Shown one piece after another: positions 34,401-48,289 of a stretch of DNA of 64,000 nt. The number at the start of each line of letters is the position of its first letter. The first letter of the stretch is position 1. Source of the stretch: Rhizaria sp. SCN 62-66. Taxonomy: Eukaryota. A program made the position numbers and the translations under genes. The stretch lies in contig MEDY01000052.1 in NCBI GenBank assembly GCA_001724265.1, positions 1-64,000 on the forward strand, written 5' to 3'. The notes under the pieces are model-generated. The model worked only from the letters and a program-made list of their open reading frames with translations. It did no database searches and was not told the origin of the DNA.

Positions 34401-37400
34401 TCTGACGCCGACACGGCGCTGCGCGGACGGCTCGCACGCGCACCGGTACCCGCAAGCAACTGCGCGGCGCAACTGCTCGCGGCGCGCGCGGCGCTGGCGG
34501 CCGCTGCAGAGAGCTTTCTGACTGGGGATTTCCCGCTGAGCTCGCCGCGCGCGCTGACTGCGGCCGCTGCGGGCGCCGACGCCGCGGCGGCTGCCGTGGT
34601 CGTCGCGGCCGGCACTGCGGCGACGAGCACTGCGAACAACAGCAACAGCAGTACCAACGGCAACGTGAATGCGAAGAGCAATAGCGCTGTCAACGTTGAC
34701 TGCGACGGCAGCGGCAGCAATGACGACGAAGAGTTTGACTGCCCCAAAACGCCACAGGCGGCGCAGCGCGCGCCCTTGCAGCAGCAGCAACAGCAGCGGC
34801 TGAAGCCGCCTCGCTCGCCGCGCAGTGACGGCGACTGCGACCGAGAGCGCACTGATGACGACGACGAGTGCGATAGTAGCCGTGAGGGCGACGGCCCGAT
34901 CTCGTCGCCGCTCTGCACGCCCGTCAAGGCTCCAGTCCAGCCTTCCGCTCCGGCCGCTGCCGCTGCTAATGCAACCTCTGTCTCTGCCTCGGCGGGCGCT
35001 GCCGGCGCGACTGCGAGAGCTCCTGTGCTGCCCTCAACGGCATCCGCGGCCGCCGCTATTGCCGCTGCAGCAACTTCAGTCTCAGCCATCTCAGCCTCAA
35101 CAACTGTTGGTCTTGACTCACTGCCTCAAGCTTCTGCTCCTGCGCACACAGTCACAGTCACCGCCCCCCACGACGCGCCGCCGCCTAACAGCAGCAGCAG
35201 CAACAGCGATAGGGCCAGCGACGGCAACGGCAGCGGCGGCCGCGGTGCGGACCCGTGGGCGCTGTGGGTCGAGTGCGCGGCCCTGCAGCGCCGGCCGCCG
35301 CCCGCACTGGGCTCGCCCGCCGCGACGGCCGCCGCGCTGGACGCGCTGTGGGCGCTGCTCGCTGGCGCCTGGCAACGGCGGCTGTGGCGCGCGTTCGCGT
35401 TGCACCAGCGCCGCCACTGCCACACTGTCATACGGTATCACGACGACGACTGTGACGGCGACTGCGCGGGCGACTGTGAGCAGGTGAATGACCGTGAGCA
35501 CCGCACGGACGCCCACAGTCAAAGTCACAATCAGGACAAAAGTGACCGTGAGAAGAAAAAGGATGAGGAGCGGAGACTCGTGCACCGGCATGACAGCTCG
35601 GCGTGTGTTGTGCTGGCCCCGTCCGATGCCGCAGGCTCTGTTGCGAACTCTCCGAAAGCAAGCGCAACGGCAAACTCTGACAGCAACGACACGGCAACTC
35701 AAGTGCGCGCCCAAGACCGCAAAATGAGTCTGGAAATGCATTTCTTGCCTGAGGAGGCCGCTGCGCTTGCCGCAGCAGCTGCAGTGCCCGGCGGTTTGTT
35801 GCCCTTGTTGCCGCTGCCTTACATTCAGCCGCAGTTCAGCAACGCCGCGGCGAAACGCGCAGCCGCGCAGAATGCACTGTTAAGCGCTGATGTGGACCCC
35901 GCAGCGCGTGTTGATGTCGAGCGTCTGCTGTTTGGCGACTGGCCGCAGCAGTTTGCAGCGCTGTGCGCACGTCTTGTTGCGCTCGCTAACGCGGATTTGC
36001 CTGCACTGACTGAGAATAACATTGCCAACAACGCCACGGTGCTCGCTAACTCAAATATTGTGACTGCAAGTGACGATGCAGTGCTGACTGTCAATGTTGC
36101 TGACTCCAACCCTCGAGCCGTGCACAATCGCACCGACAGCCGCAGTGACTACCACAGCGCGGCGAGGTTCCTCCCCAGCGGACTCTCGCTGCCGACAATG
36201 GCGGGCCTTTCGCTTGTTTCCGCGCTCCTGCCTTCGCCCACTTCAGCCTCAGCCTCAGCATTGTCCCCGCGCGGCGGACTGCCCTCGGCCCGTAGTCCTC
36301 AGACTGCCGGTGACAGCGCTGGAGGCAGCACTGCCGTCTCAGTCTGCGAAGTCACCTGCACAACCGAGCATAACAATGGCTGCAACAATACCAGCGGACG
36401 CGAGGGCTGGTTGGCTGTGCCGTGCTCGTGGTGCCCCACCGCGCCCGCCTGCGCGCCTGCAGCCGCCGCAGCGCCGCAGTTGCCTCCGCGCGCGCCAGTA
36501 TTCCTCGACAACGGCTACCTCGACGCCGCGCTGCGCCTGCTGCTGCCCGGCTTCCTGTACAACTCGCGCGCGGCGCGCTACGTCGCCAAGTTCTCGCTCC
36601 CGCTGCTGTACATCTACCAGGCCGCGCAGGCGCTTGTCGACGGTCTCCTGCCACTCCTCGGCTCCGCCTTTGCGTGGTTGGCACCGTGGTACGCGCGCGA
36701 GCTGGCCGCTGTGCGCACGCTGCTGCTCACGGTCTTTTCCCCGCTGGACTGGCTCGTGCGCGGCGCTGTCGTGCCCACGATCTCGCTCCTGCTGCGCACG
36801 CTCGTCTGGCTCTACGGCGCGGGCTCGTTGCTGCTATCCTGGCTGCTGCTGCCGCTGCGCGTGGCGGACGAGCTACTCGCCGTGTTGCTCGCGCAGCTGC
36901 ACGAGTACGCCCGCGGCGCGTGGTCCTACTACGAGCTCGCCGCGCTGCGTGAGGCGCTGTCGGCGATGGCCACGCAGCTCACTGACGCATTCTCGCTCAC
37001 ACGCGCCGCCGCTGCCACACTCCACGCCGCGCTGTCCCCGCTTGCCACGGCGGTGCAGGAGGTCGCTGTCCGAGCGGCCGCTGCGTCCGCCGCCGCCAGC
37101 GCGCGCCTGGCCGAGATCTGGCGCGAAGTCGCGGTCTACTTCGACACCGCCGTGCTCGCGGATCTCTTGTCGCCGCTGCGTTTGCTGCGGTCCGCGTCGG
37201 CGCATGTCTCGGCGGCGTGGGAAGGCGCGCGCGCCTGGGCCGCAGGCTCGCGCTCCGCGCTGCAAGCGGCCAATGCGGCCGCCGCGGCGTCGTCGGCCGC
37301 GACGTCGATGTGGGAGCGCTACTACGCAGGCGGGCAGTCGCTGTACCGCATCTTCGCGCGCTGTCAAAAGGCGCGCGTGCGTGTGCGCAAGAGTGTCGTC

Positions 37401-40400
37401 GTGCCGGACTCGCCGCGCACCGCCGCAGCGTCGTCGGCGACTGCGGTGGAGTCGGCCGGCGCTGTCGCGACTGGAGTCGCCGCCGCGAGGGGACTCGCCC
37501 GTGGCGCCGGGCCTGGCATGGGCGCCAACAACGCGGGCGGCGCGGGGGTCGACAGGACGGGGGTTGAGAGCGGCCGCGCACGCGCACGCGGGGCCCGTGA
37601 CCGGCCGCTACGGTCCACCCGCCACCCCGCCGCCGCAACCGCTGCTGCTGTTGCGGCGCCGCTGTCTGCGTCGGCGGGCGCGCTTGGCACCCGCGGCACG
37701 CGTCCTCCGCGCCGTGGCGACGCCTTCACTGACGCCGGCGCCGGTGCACTGTCGCCTCTGCTGCCCGGCGGGTCGCGCAGGCTCTCACGGCGCCCGCGCG
37801 CTGTCATCCGGACCACATCTGCCACGCTGGCGATGGCTGGTTCCGTCGCCGGGCCAGTCACCGCGGGGATGCGTCAGCGGCGCAGTGCTCGCGCCTCTGG
37901 TGCGAACGCTGTCACGATGGCGCGTCTATCGCGGGCCAGCGCGCGCGGCGCTCCTAGTGCGGGCGCGGGCGCTGCAAGTGTGGCGGCCGCGGCGGCGGTG
38001 GCGGGCGCTAGAGCGTACCACTCCGACTCCTCCGGCGCCGAGAGCGACGGCGACGAAGAAGACGATGACGAGGACAATGACGGTCACTTGGACGAAGACG
38101 AGGAGGACGAGGATGCCACTGACTCTGACAGTGCAGCGTATGATCGTCATTACCCGCGTCATAGTCACAGTAATCACAGTCAGAGTCGCAGTGGCAGCGC
38201 GCTCGACGGGCTCCGGCTGCGTCGCGGCCATCTCCACAGTCAAACGTCCGCGGTCTCCGCGGTGTTGACTCGCCCGGCCCCGCGCCGCCGTGTGCGCGCC
38301 GAATATCATCCCGCGTTTGACCACAACCATCACAATCACGGTGGCGAGTTTGGCGATGAATACGGTGAAGACGGGCTCAGTGATGGCGGCGACGTCGACG
38401 CCCTCGTTTTTGGCCCTCGCGCCAGCGGTGCTTCCGCGCTGCGCGGCGATTCAGCGCTGCAAACTCAGCCTCCGACGCGGCCTCGGCTGCGGCTTGTGTC
38501 GGTGCCGATCGCGCGCACCGCTGCGGCCGCCGTTGCCGCGCCCACGAAGACGCGCCGCACGCGCGCGCGCACCGCGGCAGACCGCCGCGCGGTAACGGGC
38601 GCTAACACCGCTGAAGCTGCTACCGTCGCTGCTGCGATTCGCGGTGAAGGTGAAGGCGGCCGCAGCGGAGATGAAGACGATGAAGATGACTTCAATAGAG
38701 ACATTGAAGACAACGGCGGCGACGAAGATGGTGACAAGTTTGACAGCAGTGACTTCGGCAGCCGGCCGCACAGCCGCACTGCTGCTCGCGGCCGCGGTCT
38801 CGCTCGGTCTCACGTTCACGCTGCCGACGCATCAGACTCGTCGTCTTCCTCGTCGTCGTCGACATTGTCATCAACGTCGTCGTCCTTTGCGTCTTTGCCC
38901 GGCTCCTCCGTATCCTCCTTCTCGCGATCTCAAACACTATCGATGACGCAGGAAGAGCCTTTGGGTGTGCAGCAGCAACAAGATAAAGAGCCTCACAATG
39001 CTCACGGTCGCGCCCCCAGTCGTCATCACGGTCACGGCCACGCAAAGCCGACGGGCGCGCGCGCGGGGCCACAATCGCAGTTGCGCCCGCGCGTGCCCGC
39101 CGCTGGCCGCTGGTCGGCCGCTGGCGCCGTCACTGGCACCGCTGTCAAAAGCAAGGCTGCCGCGACTGGTGGCGCGCGTGCCGGTGGCGGTACCAAGGCG
39201 CGCCGGCGTCTCTCGCACGCGCGCCGGCTTACCTTCGAAACAGCCGAGGCCGCGGAAGAGGCTAGCAATAGCATTGCCGACGCGAGCGCAAGTGCAGCAA
39301 GCAGTGCAGTTGCGGTGCAGGCGGAGGCCGAGAGCGGCGGTGCTGTTGGCGCGTTGCGTGGCGCAGTCGGGCGTCTGCGCTCCTGGGTTATGCCAACGCT
39401 GCCCACTGCTCCTGTCGTTGTTGCCGAGCCCGAGTCTGTTGCTGCTGAGGCGCAGACGCAGGTGCAGACTGAGAAGCCGGAGGCTGAGACTGAGGAGACT
39501 AAGTCCACTGCCACTTCTTCTGCCGCGGCTCTGCCTGTGACTGATGTGCCTGAGGAAGACGCTGAGTCTGCAATCGATGCTTTACACAGCGTTAAGGCTG
39601 CAAATCCTGACGCTGGGGACGTTGATGCAGTCCCTGACGATGACGTCGGTGACACTGCGCCTGCAGTTAACACGGTGGACTCAACCATCACTCATGCTGA
39701 CAATATTAGCGCCCACGGTGTCGATGACGGCTTTGGTGAGGCTGACGACGTATACAACGCTGAAGACCACTACGACGACGAGGATGAAGATGAGGATTGG
39801 TGCTACGACGAAGACGAAGACGACGGCTACAGCGACTACGACGACTACGGTGAAGGGGACGAAGGCGACTATGTTGATGACGACGCAGAAGACGAAGACG
39901 GCGAAGGCGATAGTTGGTTTGATGAACATGAGGACCAGCACGATGCTCATCTCACAACGGACATCAACAGCAGTATGAACCACGATGGCAGCGTTGAGCT
40001 TGTTGAGCACGGCAACGCTGTGCTAGGCTCAGTTCCCCCGCTCGCAGCAGCGCTTGACTCAGTTCCTGAACTCAACTCAGTGCCTGCGTTTGATTCGGTG
40101 CCTTCTCTTGCATCGCAGCCCTCGTTAGACTCAGTGCCTGCGTTCTCAGGCGCGATGCTGGCGACTCTTGGCGACAATGGAACCCCGCTGCCGTCACCGC
40201 TGCAATCACCCCTGCAATCGCCCGTCCTGTCTCCGCTCGCTTCGGAGCCCGCCCAGTCCAACGCCAGTGCCGTCGACGCTCATGGGCGTAAGAGCGAGCG
40301 GGTCAGTGAGGATGATGTCGAAGGCGATGCAGACGATAAGCTTGGTGACTTGCCTAGCTCACAGTTGCAATCGCACCATCAACAAGCGCCGGCGACTGCC

Positions 40401-40466
40401 GTGTTGACGCAGCACCCACTGATGAGTGATCCGAGCATTGCAGCTCCTCACTATTTCTCGCAGTAA
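27993..40466 (+). CDS. Giant low-complexity protein (4157 aa if the in-frame TAG at 31455 is read as sense), with hydrophobic patches
   Basis: ORFs 27993-31457 and 31470-40466 are in the same frame, separated only by TAG-GCG-CAG-ACT-GCC, with no AT-rich spacer or intron signals. Ends TAA followed by an AT-rich spacer. Confidence 0.7.
31321..31408 (+). repeat. Coding tandem repeats: 21-nt unit x2 (DAHGGHS) followed by (GACGGC)n (poly-DG)
   Basis: gcgacgcccacggcggccaca is duplicated, followed by about 7 GACGGC units. Confidence 0.85.
40024..40146 (+). repeat. Degenerate 18-nt coding repeat (LDSVPE/LNSVPA/FDSVPS/LASQPS/LDSVPA)
   Basis: Hexapeptide periodicity is visible in the translation and DNA (gactcagttcct / gactcagtgcct). 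Confidence 0.7.
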
Positions 40467-41211
40467 CTCGGATCTGTTCGCAAATTTGATAAGAATTGAT
40501 GCTGTAATGGTGAAATTTAGTTTAAGATTTACTTTGATTGCCTACTTAGAAACTAATCACGCTTGTAATATTTAAAAAATTCTTTAGATCTAAAACAAAT
40601 GTTAAAAGTGACACAGATAATGCGCTGTTATCACTCATGATACATAGATACACAAACTTTATTGAATTATAGCATTTGATTTAACGATTTCATCGTAGTG
40701 ATTTTGGTAATATTGCATGAATTATCTTGAAATAATGACGTTTTCGCTGTCAAAGCCCGAATACTCGACCGATGCAATAGTAGTTGTCTTGTTATCTCTT
40801 GATGTAAACTCAGTGGTTTACTATCGTATTTAAATAAGTTTTATAAACATACACATAGATCTGGTTTTAGCTAGTTTTGACCTTTAAAACCCCAAATTTA
40901 GAAAGTATACTCGTTTCAAAAACACTTTTTTTGTGCATAAAAAGTTGTCATTTTTTCTACTTTTTCATTTTCGTTTTGAACATGAAATATTTTGATCGCC
41001 GAAAATTTGAAAGTAAATTTAAATATGAAAAAATAAAAAAACATAATTTGCAAGTTAAACATAGGCAAATGATCAAGTTTTAAAGCATATATGTGTATTT
41101 ATAACTTATTAGCCATGACAACTGTTTTCACGACAACATGATGTTACTCTGGCCATGTTATCCGCGCGAACGCACGCGGCCCGTGATTTTGAGTGACTTT
41201 TGCACATCTGT

Positions 41212-42768
41212 TCAGTCGTCCCCGTCCTCTTTCTGCGCGGCAGCACGTGCGGAGGCCATCTCAGAGTGTAGCTCGCGCGCCAGCGCAACCACGCCTTCTG
41301 TGAACTCATCGTAATCGTCGTCATCATCGTCACTGTTGGCGGCCGCAGCGGCGGACACAGGGGGTGCAACAACGCCCTTGCCCTGCTTGGCCTTGTTATC
41401 CTTCTTGCTCTTGTTCAAGGCCTTGCTGCCACCGTCATTGGTGCCGCTCTGAGTCGACACAGGCGCAGGAACGTCCTTCTTCTTTGCAGCAGAGGCACTG
41501 GAGCTAGATTGGGGCTTGCGGTCGCGCACAGCGCCATCAGCGCTCTTGTCGTCGCTATCTTCAGCCTCCGACTCAGCTTCGCCGTCCTTCTCGCCGTCGA
41601 CGTCATCCTCGTCGTTGCCACTGTCGCCGTCGCTGTCGCCGTCGCTGTGAGAGTCGCGGTCGCAGCCGTCAGAGCAGGGTTTGGTCTTGCCAGCGGCAGA
41701 CTTGATACCGGGGGCCTGCGCGCCGGGGTACGCTTCGTAACCATCGTCGCTGTCGTCGTCATCCTCAACCTCGCTGTCAGAGTCGTCTGCGTCAGCGCTC
41801 CTAAGAGTAAATCGTAGAAAGGAAACAGAACAGACGGCGACGGAGTGAGAAAAGCTATGGAGCATAGAGTCACAAAGGAAACGATGATATAGAACAGAAA
41901 TAGGATAAGTCACATTAAACACGTACTTGTTAGCGGCGCCGCACGCGGGGGCCTTGTAAAGGAGCGCAACAGCGGCCACGAGCGCAACTGCAGTACTCAG
42001 CACGAGCATCGTCGAACCAACCGCGTACTCATACTAATGAGAGGAAATCAGAAAAATATGAAAGCACATGAGATAAAAATAAAATACAGTACAGAGTTAC
42101 AGATGGTATAAGAAATATTTGGATTATATATCGACGTACAAATTCCTTGGTGCGCAGGACCTCGTAGAGGTGAGCGAGGTGCGTGGTGTTAAGCAACAGC
42201 AGCCCACCGAGTCCGATGACGAGCGCAAGCCGCGCAACCGTGAGCAGCTGTACCTGCCGCGGCGACAGCGCGCGCACGGCCCGCGGCGCCTCCCCGGCGC
42301 GCGGCGGGCGGCGGTCGCGGATGAAGCGCGACTGCGAGCGGTCGAAAAGCACGGCCCAGAGCGCGGACTTGGAGTCCTCGGCGCGATGACGCCGTGCTGT
42401 CGCGAACAACAGGAGCGCGCTGGGCACGGCCATCACCAGGCACAGCGTCTGCGAGCCCGCAAATGCGCGCCGCAGTGTCACAGGGTCCGAGTGCTCCAAC
42501 ACGCGGAAGAGGAAGACCTGGAACGGGTCGTTGAGAAGCTGTACGAGCGGAGTAATGTTGAATCGCAAGGAAGTGTTCAGGAAGGTTGTGAGCGCGGTCA
42601 AGCAAGAGAGACGGGATACAAAGGGCGGATAAAGATAGAACGTACGCGCCGGTAGATGATGACCGCATTGAACGCAACCGCAAACGAGATGAGGAGCTGT
42701 GTAACGGAAACGTAGATGCTCTTTTTAGGGGCAGCCACAACCTCAACGGGAGTATCTGTTTTTGACAT
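41212..42768 (-). CDS. Hypothetical multi-pass membrane protein with acidic C-terminal tail, 4 exons
   Basis: Exons 42768-42646, 42538-42140, 42033-41927 and 41800-41212 join in frame through three GTACGT..AG introns. About 4 hydrophobic segments and a D/E/S-rich tail. Ends TGA. Confidence 0.75.
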
Positions 42769-43033
42769 CTCGCTGACAAGGATAAAGTCAAATGGGAGAA
42801 AAAGTAAAAATTATTTTATAGTTCAGAGGCAACATAAAGCCTGAAAAGTTAACTTAAATTAGTATTGACGATCAAAGTATTGAGATCCACCACAAAAAAT
42901 TTCAACATGATCTGATCGCTCTTGATTGCATGCGACGTGTGTGTGTAGGGGACAAGTGACAGTGGTGACAATACAACAATGTTAGAGTCACCATCACTGC
43001 CTGCCACTCGCCCACTCGTTCACAAGCCCTCCC

Positions 43034-43648
43034 TTAGTCGGAGTCCTTGCCCGCGCCGCCCTTGCCGATCTTGGACGTAAGCGTGCGCGCGACACCGCGA
43101 ACGAGATAACTCGCCCTCTCGAGCGCGCCCATGTTGTTCACTTCGCGCTGCACCAGCCGCATGCGCTCAGCCTCGTCGAGTTGCTGCGCCAGCCGCATGC
43201 GCGCCTCGCTCTGCCGCGCCGCCGCCGCCGCCGCTCCCGGCAGCATCTCCGGCTGCACCATCGACGACGACGCAGCGTTATTGGCCATACTCGGCGACCC
43301 CTTGGCCTTCACGCCCGCGCCCACGCCACTCTCGCCGCTTCCCGGCGCCACCGTCTTGCTGCCGGTTGCGCCATTCCCCGTGCCGCGCTTGATGTGGATC
43401 TCCATCAACACAGGTCGCTCCGCCCCGCCCGGCACTGCCGTGGGCGCCAGCGTCGCGCGCGTCACCTCATCCAACACGCCGCGGCCGCGCATCCCGGCGC
43501 CGACGCCCGGCACTGTGACGGCGCCAGGGCCCATCACGGCGCCGCGCGGCGGCTGCAAGGGGCCCGGGACAGGGCCGAACACCGGCGCCAAAGGGACAAA
43601 GCTTGGGGAGTTCGCGGACTGACCGTATCCGCTGCCACTGCCACTGCT

Positions 43649-43684
<36 letters not shown>

Positions 43685-46600
43685 GCCCTGTTGCACAGTG
43701 AACCGGAGTCCGCGCTTGCCAGTGACGGGATCCACGCTATCAACCATCGCAAACACCGGCGCCGACGCCACAGGCGCAGGGGGGAGAGCAGCGGCCTCAC
43801 TGTCGCTCCCACGGCCACCACGCCGCGATGCCGTTGATGTCCCTGGAGCTGCAGTGGTGGCGGTCGTTGAGAGTGTAGCGAGAGAACGCTGATGCTCAGC
43901 CCATCCCCAGTCACGCTTTTCCCACTCGTCCTCTGCTTCCCAGGGCCCGGCGCCGGCACCGCCCGCCGTGGCCGCCACAGGCCGCCGCGCGCCACCGCGC
44001 AATACCGCGCGCTCCCGTTCCCGCTCGCGCTCACGGTCACGGGCGGCGTTGTTATAGCCCGCGTCGCGGTCGCGGGTAACGGCGGATGTCGCGCGTGCCG
44101 CGGCCGCGTAGGACAGATCACTGGCACCGCGGAGAGCCTGCGCGACGAGCCGCACACCCGGTAAGCCCTGGCCGGGGAAGTAAAACGGCCCGTGCCGCGG
44201 CTCCCTGTGCTGCTGCTGTTGCGAAGTCTTGGCCGCAGTTGCTGCGGCGGCAGCGCTCGAGGCCGAGACGGGGCCGTTGGGTGAGTACTGATCCGGGACA
44301 TCAACGGGGATCACGCGGGCCGCAGCAAGCTCTGGCGGCAGCTCCGCGCCGCGCGACTCCGGGATGGTGTACACGCGCGCCACCGGCGTCGCCGCCGTAA
44401 CCCGCGTCAACGGGTGATGATCCGCGATGCGCACCACGCGCACACGCGCGTCCGAGTCTTCGAGGAACGCGGGCCGCCGCGCCAGCACCCACTGCGCCGC
44501 CGCGCGCTCCTCCGCCGTCACGGGGACCGCAGAGGTGCCGTCCGCGAGCGACGACAGGCGCCGGTACAGCTCCTCGTTGCGGTGACGTCCCTCGGCGACG
44601 TGCTGCTTCTCCCGGTGCAGCGCCACGAAGTACCGGATAATCTCGCGCTGCCGCGCCTCCATGCCGCGGCGGCGGATCGGCTCCGCCAGCGCTTCCAGCT
44701 GCGACACAAACGCCGCGTCGCTCGCCTCGCGGCGGGCCAGGGACCCACGCTCGAACTAGTCGAAGAACGAGACGAGGAAGCGCTGCTCGAACGCCTGCGC
44801 GGCCGCGGGGGTCAGTCCCGCCGGTAGCGCGGGCTCGTCAGTAGAAGAAGCCTTCGCGCCGCCGCGGTTTGACTGGCGGTTGCCGTTAGAGCCCGCTCTG
44901 GCGGCCACGATGGCGGCCGAGGCGGCGGCGGCGTTGCGGCGCGCGGCGAGAGCGGCCGCGCCCGTGGCCGACGCCGCCGCCGCCGCGACCGCCGCCGCGG
45001 CGGGGGTGGGGACAGCGCCAATCGCGCCGCCGCCCAGCGCGTCCGCGCGCAGTACATCATGCACGCTCACGGGCACAGTGCTCGCGCTCCCAGTCGCGGT
45101 CGCAGTGGAGCTGCTGCCGCTGGTGGCGGTCGAGTCGGCGGTGTCGGTGCGGCGCGGGCGCTGCGTGGCGGCGGCGGCGCGCGCGCGGGCGCGGAGACGC
45201 GCCTGCTGTTGCTGCGGGGCGCCTAGCAGCGCGGCGGCTGGGTCAACCAGAGTGAGGTCTTGGAGCCCGTTGATGTCTTGCAACTGCAGCTCTTGCAGCA
45301 GAGCACCCGCTTCGGCAGCCAGCGCGGCAGGATCAACACTGCTTGCGCTCGCGTTGACGACGTTAGCATTCATATTCTTGTTGTCATCAAGGTAGATGAG
45401 GGAGCCGTCCTCAGCAGTGATGACGTTGCTCTTGTTGTCATTAGAGCCATTGGAGCTGGGGAAGCGCAGAGCGCGCGCGGCACTCGCATTGTTATTGTTG
45501 TTGGCGCGTGTAGACCTGTTATCGGCGGACTTATGGGGCGACTTGTGGTGCCCCGTCCCGGTCACGGCCGCCGCGGCCGCGGCCGCCGCCGCAGCGGACA
45601 CTGCCGAGGACGAGTGCAGATGCGAGCCCTCACCGAGCGCGGCGCGAAGGGCGTCAGCCGTGCGGTACTGCAATGAAGCGCGGTCGAAATACAGTCCACG
45701 GCGGGCAAGCTCGCCGGCTTCCTCAGCGGCCTCTGCGGCGGCGTCATCACCATCTTCGTCTTCGTCCTCGTCTTCATTGTCGTCGTCGTCGCCATCCTCG
45801 CCGTCGCCGCTGTTATAGCTGTCGACGACGGCGTTGGCGCCGTGCAGACCGTAGCGATGACCGCTTCCGTGGCTGTGTCCACCGTGGTTTAGACCGTGAC
45901 CGTGGACGTGGCCGTGGTGGTGTGAGAGCGCGTATGCGGCTGCGGCGGCCACATCAGACTCGTCAAGTCCGGCCTCATCAGCGCGCCCACGGTCACTTAG
46001 CTGCTCACGGTCACTGAAGCGGAAGTCGAGCCCCAGATCACGGTCGCGCTGTGCAAGCCGCTGACAAAGCTGTTGCTGCTTCTTTTGCTCTTGAAGAGCG
46101 GCCTCGCGCTTGCGCAGTGCGTTACGACGTGCAAATGCACGCAGCATTGTTTCCGTGTCGTTGTCATATTCGCTATCGCCGTCCTCGTCGCCATCAAGGT
46201 TGTTGCCGTTGTTCTGATACGCACTGCCGATGGTGTTGTTGTTGTATCCAGAGCTATTGTCACCGTGAAGCTCGTGACAGTTGTTATTATTGTCGTTGTG
46301 GTCATCGCCGAGCGCGAAAACGCTCGAGTTGAGCACCCTCGCCAGCGCGCCGCGCCCGCGCTCGCGGCTACGGCTGCGGGAGCGACTTCGGCTTCGGCTG
46401 CGGTGGCGGTGGCGAGTACCGGCGCCTGCACCGGCGCCGCGATACTGTTGCTGGTATTGATAGAGACCTTGCTGCACTGCTGCCGCGGCGGCCGCGGCGG
46501 CCGCAGCGGCGTCGTCGTCGTTGTTGTTATTGTTGTCATCATCGTAGACGTACCCGTAGCCAGAGCCATAGCCGAATCTCGCGCTGTTGTAGTATCCGTC

Positions 46601-48289
46601 GGCGGGCCCCAGACCGGGGACATCGCCGACCAACGCCGCCGCGGCCTCGGCAACTGCGGCGGCGTCAGCGTCATCCGCGGAGAAATCAGCCGCGAAGTCA
46701 CCTGCGGTGGGGGCTCCAGTGTCGTCCTCGGGCTGGTAGTAAAACAGCTCTGGAGCGCCACTACTCACGGTCACTTTGCTGCCCACGGTCACGCCCACCT
46801 TGCCAGCGCCGTTGCCGTTGCCGTTGCCGCTCCCGCTGCTAATGCTGCTGCCCACGGTCACCCCCCTGTGGCCGCCGCGACCGCCGCTGCCCACAGTCGT
46901 TCGCGCGGACTCATAACCCTCGTTGTATCCGGCGCCGTACGTTTGACTGTACGTATCAGCTTCGTCATCGTGACCGTTGCCGTTAGCAAAGCCGTGATTG
47001 TCGTTGTTCTCGTGATAGTTGGCGCCGTTGGCATTCTCAGCAAGCGCGTTCGCAGCGGCCTCGTCGTCGCGACTTGCGTACCCACGACGACTCCCATCAC
47101 GGTCACGGTCACGGTCAGCGTAGCTATTGTTGTTGCCATAAAGCGGGATCAGTCCCAGCCCTAGTCCACCGGGCCCAAGACCCAGCGCTGCGGCAAGCGG
47201 GTGCTGCGCCCGCTGCCCGGCATCGCGTGCAACACCCCCACCGCCAGTACCGATCAACACACCGCCGGTCGCATTCCTCCCATTGCTCAGGTTCGCAGTG
47301 TGACTCGGGATCGCGCTAGCATTGGCGCTGCTCGTGTTGCTGTTGTTGTTAGCGCGGCGACGTTCGCGGCGGAGAGCAGTGGTGAACGCCGAGCCCAGAC
47401 CAAGCCCGAGCCCGAGTCCACCTCCATTCTGACCGTGACCGTGGCCGAGGCCGACAGCGCCCAGCTGCAGGTACAACTGCTGTTGCTGCGCCTGCGCCTG
47501 AGACAGATACAGCGACTGCGACTGAGATTGGAAGGCCTGTGACTGTGAGTTGGTGGGAGCCGGCGTGTACGCGTCGAGAGGAGGGGTGGGGGGAGCCGCC
47601 GTCACGACGCCACCGAACTCACCGTGACTGCCGTTGTTATTCGAGTCAAATCCAGCAAAAGAAGAAGAAGAAGACTGTGGGCCGAGGGCAGGAGAGCGCA
47701 CGTTATCCCCGCCGTACCCGCTGCGTCCTCCATAGCGAGTATTAGAGTGACCGTGAGCGCTGTTGTTGTGACCGTGGGAGTGACCGTGGGCGCGACCGCC
47801 GCCAGCAACCTGGAGGTAGTACGGCACGTGCGGTGGCGCAACGGCAGGCACGCTGATCACCCCAGGCACCGTCGACGCAGAAGAAACAGCAGCAGCGGCG
47901 GCGGCGGCAGCGGCGGTGATAGAGCTAACAGAACCTGAGTGTCCGGCATGAGTATGCGGCACAAGCGCCGAGTGCTGGCCGAGCGAGGCGTCGATAAACA
48001 CGCGCTGCTCAACAACGTGCCGCCGCAGCTGCTCGTTGGCCGTCGCGAGCAGCGCGCGCTGGTACGCGAGCTGTCGGGAACGCGCCTCGGCTTCGGCCAG
48101 CGCGGCGGCCTGCTGCTCGAGACGCGAGGCGAGACTGTCCTGGGCACTCTCGGCGCGCTCGCGCTCCGCGGCCTCGGTTTCGATGCGGGACTAGAGGTAT
48201 TGGATGTATAGCTCCGGGTTCTGCTGCTTGATATCGTCCAATGTGGGGGTGGACGACTCCAGAGGCTCCCACGAAGGAGGACTCGACAT
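43034..48289 (-). CDS. Hypothetical 1751-aa protein (N-terminal coiled coil, low-complexity core) containing two in-frame TAG codons
   Basis: One frame from ATG 48289 (MSSPPSWEPLESSTPTLDDIKQQNPELYIQYL*SRIETEAAERERAE) through TAG 48193-48191 and TAG 44758-44756 (LVSFFD*FERGSLARRE) to TAA at 43036-43034. Confidence 0.72.

Noticed and set aside
43034-48289. Pseudogene explanation for TAG-containing genes
   Set aside because: No frameshifts, no TAA/TGA interruptions and kilobases of intact frame. All four lesions being TAG while TAG never ends a gene argues against decay, though it is not formally excluded.
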